In this document: positions 45,110 through 54,300 of the stretch, piece by piece
How the letters are laid out: each line of letters starts with the position of its first letter
Position numbering within the stretch: position 1 is the stretch's first letter
DNA from: a virus
Taxonomy: Duplodnaviria > Caudoviricetes
Virus record (IMG/VR): IMGVR_UViG_3300002307_000041
Span: 1-64,000 of that record
Strand: one strand, 5' to 3'
DNA: 64,000 nucleotides
Program-made: the position numbers and the translations under genes
The notes under the pieces: generated by a model
Told to the model about the DNA's origin: nothing
Databases searched by the model: none
Seen by the model: only the letters and a program-made list of their open reading frames with translations

Positions 45110-45206
45110 CCCGTATACGAAATGCAATAAATAATATGCGGTCTTGGCTTCATTTCCCGCTTGACAAATTCTGCAGCCTATGCTACATTTAACATAGGAG
45201 ATAAGC

Positions 45207-45704
45207 ATGATTCCAGTTACTTACAAATATACTAGCACTAAAGAATATCACGACGCTTTTCCTTGCGCTTACCGCCAATGGAGAGCAGACAGCCATTGTA
45301 ATCTAATACACGGGTATAGTTTCAGTATGAAGTTTTATTTTGGAACTGATAATCTAGATGTACGAAATTGGGCTGCTGATTACGGCGGGTTAAAAGAACT
45401 CAAGAAGAACTTAGAAGACCAATTTGATCATACGTTGCTCGTAGCAGAAGATGACCCCGAACTAGAAACATTTAAGTTGCTGCAAGAAAGACACATGGCA
45501 AAACTAACTATCCTCCCTAAGCTAGGATGTGAGGGACTTGCAGATGCTCTTTACAAATATGTAAACGGTGTTTATATTCCAGATATGTGGGGTCCTGGTG
45601 AAGCTGATCGCCTCTGGTGTTATAGAATAGAGGTTCGCGAAACACAAGCTAACATGGCATTCCGTGAGGGACATCGTGAATGGAATGAAGACCTTTTCGA
45701 ATAA
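45207..45704 (+). CDS. queD: 6-pyruvoyl-tetrahydropterin synthase / QueD family
   Basis: HCNLIHGYS, DYGGLK, FDHTLL, EVRET. Confidence 0.85.
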   Translation: MIPVTYKYTSTKEYHDAFPCAYRQWRADSHCNLIHGYSFSMKFYFGTDNLDVRNWAADYGGLKELKKNLEDQFDHTLLVAEDDPELETFKLLQERHMAKLTILPKLGCEGLADALYKYVNGVYIPDMWGPGEADRLWCYRIEVRETQANMAFREGHREWNEDLFE

Positions 45705-45861
45705 GGCGTGGCGCTTATGGGCAAAGGCTCTAGGCGAAAAAACTGGAAATACGGATGCAGAAGCCGATCTTATAGCTTGCATCCGTACTACAGTTGTGCT
45801 AATATACATAATAACAAACTTCTTTATTATAGCAGGCATCATAAGGCATTGGAATGGTTAA
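45685..45861 (+). CDS. small membrane protein
   Basis: WRLWAKALGEK...IITNFFIIAGIIRHW. Confidence 0.6.
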   Translation: MKTFSNKAWRLWAKALGEKTGNTDAEADLIACIRTTVVLIYIITNFFIIAGIIRHWNG

Positions 45862-46864
45862 TCGTATAGGTTTTGCGTGTAAGTGGTCCGAACTAGGCCC
45901 AAAAGGTATAGTTAGTGTACCTGAACTTAACAACAGCACTACGACTGTAGCTTGGCTTAAACGTCAAACTCAGCAAGTAGCTGAACAAAAGTTATGGGAT
46001 CTTATGACCCATAACATCGACGCGGTACATAACCTTGTAAAGAAAGTTGGAGGATTAGATGAACAGTTTAGGATGGTTCGAATTGGGAGCGATGTGCTTC
46101 CTGTATATACAGAGCCAAGTTTTGGTTATTTCTACAATCAACCAGGTGTACGAAACTATGCTGAAAGAAAACTTGCTGAAGTTGGACGAGTGGCTCGTCT
46201 TCTTGATGTGCGTCTCAGTTTTCATCCTGGCCAGTTCACAGTGTTGGCAAGTGATCGCCCAGATGTTGTTGAACGCTCACTAGAAGAGTTTGAATATCAC
46301 GTAGACATGATCCGTTGGATGGGCTACGGCGTAAAGTTCCAAGATTTTAAATGTAATGTGCATATCGCTGGTAAGCAAGGCCATGAAGGCATACGAAAGG
46401 TATTAGGTCGGCTGAGTCCTGAGGCTCGTAATACCATAACTATCGAAAATGAGGAGAATAAACATGGACTTGATGATTGTCTTGCTATTGCTGATTGCGT
46501 TCCTATCGTTCTTGATATCCATCATCATTTTATCAAGACAGGGGAATACATTTCACCCGAAGATGACCGCACGAGATTGGTGGTGGACAGCTGGCGCGGT
46601 GTACGGCCTACTTTACATTATTCTGTCAGCCGTGAGGCTGACCTGGTTGGCCATCCACTAGACGTCCTTCCAGATATGGATGTATTGTTAGCGCAGGGGT
46701 ACCGTAAACAAAAATTAAGAGCTCACAGCAATTTTATGTGGAATACTGCGGTAAATGAATGGGCATTAGGGTTTTGGGATAATTTTGATATAATGGTGGA
46801 GAGTAAGGCAAAGAACTTATCTAGTTTCGAACTATACAAGTTCTGGAAAGGCCTTGAAAAATAA
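45854..46864 (+). CDS. uvsE: UV-damage endonuclease UvsE
   Basis: RIGFAC, RLSFHPGQF, IENEE, LDIHH, HYS, RAHS, MVESKAK. Confidence 0.92.
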   Translation: MVNRIGFACKWSELGPKGIVSVPELNNSTTTVAWLKRQTQQVAEQKLWDLMTHNIDAVHNLVKKVGGLDEQFRMVRIGSDVLPVYTEPSFGYFYNQPGVRNYAERKLAEVGRVARLLDVRLSFHPGQFTVLASDRPDVVERSLEEFEYHVDMIRWMGYGVKFQDFKCNVHIAGKQGHEGIRKVLGRLSPEARNTITIENEENKHGLDDCLAIADCVPIVLDIHHHFIKTGEYISPEDDRTRLVVDSWRGVRPTLHYSVSREADLVGHPLDVLPDMDVLLAQGYRKQKLRAHSNFMWNTAVNEWALGFWDNFDIMVESKAKNLSSFELYKFWKGLEK

Positions 46865-47467
46865 ATGACTACGATTTTTTAATTTAAAACAAACACCTCT
46901 ACCAATACTTAATTGAAGTGATACACTATCAGCTGAAAAACCTTCATTCATCAAATTAATTGCCTCTTTATATAAATCATAATTAGGAAGATTCTTAGTC
47001 CTAATAATTGATAATTGTCTTTCTTTGGAACAAGGTATTTTTTTTCCATACATTGGATTATTATTACCTTGTTTAGATAAAGAAAGATTATAACACCATG
47101 TATCTGTACGAGGAATTCCTTTTAATCCTCTACTTCGTTTATTAAGAGTTTCTATTGAAGGTTTCCAGCCTTTTCGACTCGGTGGACGAGATCCTAAAGC
47201 AATGTTAGTTAGATTATCTAACCCTATTGACTCTGTAAGTTGATCTTCGTATTCATAAGCAGCGATTTCGTCATCAAAATATCTTACAATATCCACAATA
47301 GGTTCTAACCCTTGTTGATGTAATTTTTTAATAAATCTATCTTTATAGGGATTTTTATTTCCGTCTTTGAATTTGTTATGTGTATAGGCTCTTTCACCTG
47401 ATCCTTTACCTATGTAGAAAGTTTGATTTGAATTAGGATCAATAAGTTGATAGACATAGTATTTCAT
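46832..47467 (-). CDS. GIY-YIG (LEM-3-like) homing endonuclease
   Basis: YYVYQLIDP...FYIGKG..ER, AYEYE, LTN; NUMOD3-like NPMYGKK. Confidence 0.8.
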   Translation of the reverse strand: MKYYVYQLIDPNSNQTFYIGKGSGERAYTHNKFKDGNKNPYKDRFIKKLHQQGLEPIVDIVRYFDDEIAAYEYEDQLTESIGLDNLTNIALGSRPPSRKGWKPSIETLNKRSRGLKGIPRTDTWCYNLSLSKQGNNNPMYGKKIPCSKERQLSIIRTKNLPNYDLYKEAINLMNEGFSADSVSLQLSIGRGVCFKLKNRSHLFFKAFPELV

Positions 47468-47552
47468 ATGTATATTTATATCTTTTAATGAATGTTAAAC
47501 ACAAAGAAATAGGGCCTTTAAGGCCCTATTTTGTATAAGAACTTAGCTAGTA

Positions 47553-47885
47553 TTAAACTGATTTCTTAGGGCGACCGCCCTTCTTAACAACAGCCTTAAC
47601 ATCTGCAATATCGATCTTACCGTCACCGTTAACATCAGCTGCTTTCTTAGCAGCTGCCTTAGCCTTTGTAGCAGCCTTCTTAACTTCAGCAACTACAACT
47701 TCTTCAACCTTAGCAACTTCTGCCTTAACTTCAGCAACTACAACTTCTTCAACCTTAGCAACTTCTGCTTTAGCTTCAGCCTTTACTTCAGCAACGGCCT
47801 CCTGTACTGTTTCCTTCTTAGTAAACATTTTATACAGAACATATCCTGCTATTGATACTACTACTACACCTATGATAGTTTCCAT
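47553..47885 (-). CDS. membrane-anchored Lys/Ala/Glu/Val-rich protein
   Basis: N-terminal TM segment, tandem repeat, DVNGDGKIDIAD loop. Confidence 0.7.
   Translation of the reverse strand: METIIGVVVVSIAGYVLYKMFTKKETVQEAVAEVKAEAKAEVAKVEEVVVAEVKAEVAKVEEVVVAEVKKAATKAKAAAKKAADVNGDGKIDIADVKAVVKKGGRPKKSV
47679..47768 (-). repeat. 2 x 45-bp exact tandem repeat (AEVAKVEEVVVAEVK)
   Basis: Units start at 47679 and 47724 on +. Confidence 0.88.
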
Positions 47886-47974
47886 TTTTATCTTCTCCTT
47901 TTAGGGCATTTTATTTAGTGATAAATATTGTGTGGCAAAAAAAATCTTTCCATGCTCTTAGAATAAATATCATT

Positions 47975-48319
47975 ATGATTATAAATGTTACAGATTCAGC
48001 TAAAACTCATATCGTAAACGTTCTCAAGAACATGGACAAACCCTATCTAATTTTTGGATTAAAGGGTGGCGGATGTGCTGGTTTCGAATATTTTTGGGAA
48101 CCAGCAGATCAGGAATTATACGAAAAAAATGGCACACCCGATAGAGATGAATTTATCGAGCTAAATGATGACAAGAAACTAGTAATAGACTGCACTAGTT
48201 TAGTCTACTTGTTTGGTAGCACTATTGATTACAAAAGCGATTTTGTTAGTAGTAGTTTAGTTGTAGATAACCCAAATGCCAAATCTAGCTGCGGTTGCGG
48301 CACTAGCATTGCTGTATAA
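47975..48319 (+). CDS. iscA: A-type Fe-S carrier (IscA/HesB)
   Basis: GGGCAGFEY and SSCGCGTS. Confidence 0.9.
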   Translation: MIINVTDSAKTHIVNVLKNMDKPYLIFGLKGGGCAGFEYFWEPADQELYEKNGTPDRDEFIELNDDKKLVIDCTSLVYLFGSTIDYKSDFVSSSLVVDNPNAKSSCGCGTSIAV

Positions 48320-48334
48320 TAGGATGGAACTGAA

Positions 48335-51300
48335 ATGGTAAAAAAGATAATAGACGTAGGTATCGTAGGCAATGATGCTACTGGTGATCCAATCAGAGAT
48401 GCTTTTACTAAAACTAATGAGAACTTTACAGAACTATATGCTGCATTAGGAAATAGTGGCGGATTGACTTTCACTGGATTATTACAAACTCCTGATACGT
48501 TAGTTCCAAATGATATACTAATAACTAATCCTACAGGAACAGCATTGCTACAAAAAGCTCTAGTAGCAGGATACGGATTGTCTATAGACAATACTGATCC
48601 ATCTAGAATAGTTCTTACTAATTCCGGAGCTACTGTAGTATCTGATCATAGCCCAGCCCTCGGCGGGAATTTAGATTCTAGAGCAAACATTATCTACAAT
48701 TTACCAGATCCTACAAATTATGATACTTTACAGTCGCAATTAGGGTTAAGTAATCAAGATGGGTTTGCCATCTCAAAGAGCTATGGCGATCGTAATTACG
48801 TTGCATTAAAAGGATCACCTCTAGTTAATATTGTTAATTTCATTGAAGGACAATATTATGCTATCGCAGCTCTAGGAACAACCACGAATACACAATGGAA
48901 TATTATTGCAGGCACTACTGGTGTTACATATGCAGTTGGTAGTAATTTTATTGCTAGAGTAGTTGGGGCCGGCTACGGTACTGGTACTGCTTACAATGCA
49001 ATGAGTGGCTATTTAAGTGTGCCCCCGGGTGCTACAGTTACCCAAGTACCTCAACGCCAAGAAGTAGTTGGAAGAGCAGGTGATACTATGACTGGTCCTC
49101 TTGTTCTTTCAGGAGATCCGGCGATTGATGCAAATCCTAATACTGCTGCAACTAAAAATTATGTAGATAGCACAGCATTCGCAAGCCAAGCTGATTATTT
49201 TGTTAGCACATACGGGGACGATTATCAACCTTTAATAGCAGAAAATAAGAAAGGAAGAGCACTAGCGTATTCTTTTAAAACTATTGCAAGAGCACTAGCA
49301 GCTGCTGAAAAATCTCAAGCAGCATCTGGAACAGAACTAGGTCCTTACTCTAAAGAAGTAGTATATACTTCAAATTTACAAACCTACCCGTCTACTGTAT
49401 ATGCAGTAACTCAAGTGGGATCATCTATCGAATATTATCTAGATATTACACATAGTGGCGGCGGTACTGACCCTAGAAAAGGTAGCAATCCAGATATACG
49501 TTCCGGATTGTTGTTTAGGGGGATTAGCAGTAATGCCATTGCTGTTATCGATTATGTTGGTGGTATCTCTACTGCTCCTAATATAGAACGTTATAATATA
49601 CACTATATAGGCCCAACTCGATTTATATTGGGAGAAAATCTAGAATATGGAGATCCTGTAAAAAAATCTCAAATAACAATACACGTAGAAAGTGGCGAAT
49701 ATTATGAACACTATCCGTTGCGTGTCTCAGAGAACGTTTCTCTAGTAGGCGACGAAATGAGGCGTGTTATAATACGACCAAAAGCCTTTATAAGTGCCAG
49801 TAAGTGGGCTAACATATATTTCCGAAGAGATATAACATTTGATTCAGTTTCTCCAATACAATTAGCTACTGCAATTTCTGTTGGTAGTTTTACTACTGGA
49901 TTGACATATACTATTGCATCGCTTGGATCTACTAGCAATGCCCAATGGAACACTATTGCAGGAACAGTTGGAATAACTTATATTGTAGGTAGTAGTTTCC
50001 TTGCTGCTGACGCAGGGGTCGGATTAGGCGACGGCACAGCATATTGTGTATACGGATATAATTACTTAACTGATCCTAGCAGATCCTTATATAATAGGAC
50101 TATATCAAATAGTGGATCTTTTAATAATGCACAAAAGATATTATATGCTAACAAGGCTTTTATAACCGCAGAAGCACTTGGATATCTAGATAATAATTTT
50201 AATGCGGTAATAACTGCATCTGATTCTAGCACAAACAGTTTTACTTGCTTGTCTAATACTAATCTTAACATTGGTATGCCAATACGATTTTCACCGTTTA
50301 CTACATATGTAACCGCTACTAGCGCAGCTAATAATCATATAACTGTAGGATCCACTGATGGATTAATCTTAGGACAACCTATACAATTTTCAGGGGTATC
50401 TTTGGGTGGATTAGTTCTCAATAATACCTACTATGTGTTATCTATAGTAGATTCAACTAATATCACAATAAGCAATGTTTATCCTGGAGTAATACATCCA
50501 GTGTTAACAGATGCTGGATTTGCAACATTAACATCATTTAATGCAACGTTTGGAGGCATAAGTTCATCTGTTACCTATTATGTACTAGGATTAATTGGTA
50601 ATACACAATTTACTATATCGAGTACTATCAGTGGAACTACTCCAGGTAGCATAGTAAATCTAACTACATCTCTAGTTGGAAACAGTACTATGCAAGGAAA
50701 ATTCTATCGTGCTGATAGCGATTATGCAACTACTGTGGGAAATTTAGTAGATGCTATTGGATTTGATCTGCTATATGGAGATTACACAAAGACATTAGAA
50801 TTTGGCATAGAATTTTATTCCAGTCCTGTTGGTCTAGTAGATGTAGGTTATAGATTAACCCAGACATCCGATTTAGTTGCTTACATAGGAGCACTAGTTA
50901 ATTATGTAATAGCACAAACACCTGTTCCTCTGAGTTATCAACACACAGCATCTTCTGTAACACAATTACGCAATTTTATAAACATTGCAGAATCAGGATT
51001 TGGAACAGCAGTAAACGGATTGATACAGTTAGCATCTGATATTGTTAACCAAGATGTTTCTTTTAACTTTCCCAAATACAATAATAAAATGGATATGTTC
51101 TTGCTGAACAATGCTGCTATTACTAGATTCTTTACCGCACAAGGACACGGTGGATTCGTTGGAGTATTAGATCCAGAAGGACAGATATTAACTAAGTCGC
51201 CGTTTATAGAAATAGCGGCTAGTTTTTCTCAAAGTACAAATTCCCAAGCATTTGCTGGTGGCATATTTGTTGATGGATTTTCAGGAAACCTAAGCTGTGT

Positions 51301-54300
51301 AATAACCCAAAATATAGATACACAAACTTATTCAGTTTCGTCTAGTGCATTTAAAATAAGGCAACCACAAACTCCTTGTTCTTTCTATGTTAAAGGAATT
51401 AGATTTGAGGTAGATTATATAAGCGAGTTTGATCCAGTATCAGGAACATTAAATCTACACCTAAATAGCGCAACTGTTGATAATGTTTTATATACTAATT
51501 TCAATACCGATAGTTTATTAACTAACGGACTGTATATTGAATTAATAGGTGCTGGTAATAGATCTATTGTAACTACCCATTTTACTAATATTAACGATCT
51601 TGGATATGGTATAGTTGCTACAAATAATGGACTTATCGAAGCAGTGAGCTTGTTTACCTACTACTGTTACAGAGCAATTTATGCAGTTAACGGAGCGCAG
51701 ATAAGGAGTCTAAACGGTAGTAATTCGTATGGTGTATATGGTATAACAGCAGAAGCAAGTGATCCTACAGAAATACCATCAGTTACTAATCTCTACTATC
51801 CGATGGCACAGACTGCAACTATATACAAAAAATTAGGCTATAGTACATCTGGGGTTAGTGGTGACCTTCTAGTTTACATAACCAATTATCAATATCTTCC
51901 ATTTAATATATCTGAACTAGAAATAGACCATAATGGTATTGTTACGTTATATCAGATTACTACAGTTAAACAAGTAACTGATGTACCAAATGTTGCACAA
52001 TTAACTTTAGGATCAAATAGCAATTCAATAGTATCAATTAATATTTCAAATACAGGATTAGCTGTATCAGTTACCGACGGGCAACCTGTAATAGTTAGAA
52101 GCTTGCAGAATTTTAGATTTAACAATGTGCTAAACACTAATCCTATTAGGCCCAGCACTGCTCTTCTATTTGATAACGATTTTGATATTTATAGGGTACT
52201 AAGCTATAGTACTGTAGGATTACCAATACAACAAGCTGTATTAACTACTAGTACTTCATACAATTACATCAAGGTATTAGTTGATTCTAATGCTGGCATG
52301 ACTGCTGGATCTGGACGAGCAGGAGATACTACATTTTATTGCAGTTCTAATTTAACAGCCAATGAAAAATCAAGGCTAGTAGGAAAGCTATTTGGCTGGG
52401 GTTCCAGCATGCATACTATTATTGGGTTTGAAGACACTACAGTAACTGGGCAATCGTATTGCCGAGTAACTATAGATACTCCTCTTACTAAATCATTATT
52501 AAGCGGGCAAGGAAATATACCGATTACTAGTTATTCTAGAAATTCTAGTGGTGTAGTTACGATTACTGCTACTGCTCACGGGTTAACTAGTCTAAATAAT
52601 GTAGTTATTAGCGGTACAAATGAAATCGATACGGTCGGATTATTTGTTAATATAACCTATCTAACCCCAGACACCTTTAGTTACCAAACTAGCACACTAA
52701 CTCCAGTTACCGGAACGGGCGGATATATATCTGGATTAAGCCAAATTGATCTTAGATCCGGAATGGATAATAAACAAAATATCAAAATTGCTAACGTATC
52801 TAGAAATGGAAATGTCGCTTATGTAACTACTACATATCCGCATTATCTAAACACAGGTAATACTGTTAATATCAAAGGAGTGACTATTACTAGTAATAGT
52901 AATCCAGGATTTAACGCAACCAATGCTGTTATTACTTCTATCGATGACTATAATTTTTCTTATTCAAATTCAGGAGCTAATCTTGCTAGTAACACAGCTA
53001 TCACTGGTATTATATATAGCACTACTGCATTCTCTATAAATTCCATTAGCAGATCTAATAGTTTATCAATTTCAACAGTAACTACTAGTAGTAACCACGG
53101 ATTGAGCATTGGAGACACAGTAAACATAGTAAACACTGATTTTGTGTTAACCGTTTCTAGTACAAGCAGTGTAACAAATGCTATTACTATAACAAACAGT
53201 GCTAGTGAAGGCGGAAATACATATACTACTTCTAACACTACTACTGGGTTAATAGTAGGCATGCCAATAGTATTCAGCGGCAGTGGATTGCTCGGAACTA
53301 ACATAGCAGTCGGTACAACATATTATATAAAAACTATAGCTAGTTCCAATAGCATAACAATTAGTGCTACTCCACCATCTGGAGCATTTACTACGTTCCT
53401 CTTAGCTACTATCAGCGGAGCGTCTGGAAATGCAGCTGCTGGATGGGGATTCGGAACACTTAATGTAGATATCCTCACTGTCCCTTCTACAAATAAATTT
53501 ACCTATAAAAATGCCGGAACTGAGCTGTCAACTACTGCATTTACTGGACCTAGCATAGCTAACGCATATTTCATTGATCCTACATTAGCTAGGGTTACTA
53601 TATACATCTCATTAACAAGGTGTACAGGCCATGACTTCCTATCTATAGGAACAGGCGGATTTGCTGATACTAATTATCCAAACAACATTTATGGTGCATC
53701 AGTAAACAGAAATCAAACAGTTAACGAAGTTACAGAAATAGGTAACGGTAGGTGTTTCTATGTAAGTACCGATCAAGACGGTAATTTCAAAGTTGGACCA
53801 TTCTTTAGCGTAGACCAAGGTACTGGTATTGTTAAATTTGCTTCTAGCATCGTGTTAACTAATCTAGACGGCTTAGGGTTTAAACGAGGTGTTGCTATTT
53901 CATCATTTAATGCAGATGATACTATGGCAGACGATGCTATTGACGCTGTTCCAACACAATCAGCAGTCGTAGGGTATATTAATCGAAGACTAGGAATAAA
54001 TGCTGTTGGTTCTATCTTAACATTTGATAAAATCGGACCAGGATTTTTACCGTTAGACGGATCTGTACCATTTAGTGGCACATTAGACATGTCGAGCCAT
54101 AAAATTATCAATGTTACATCTCCAACAAGTGACAGCGATGCTGCCAACCGAGGATTTGTTAATAGTTCTATTGCTAATCTATTATCTAAGTCAGGCGGTA
54201 CTATGTCTGGCAACATCAACATGGGAGGAAATAATCTCACTAGTGTTGGCGGAATAGATATGTCTAGTAATAAAATAACTAGCCTAGCAAGCCCAACTAT

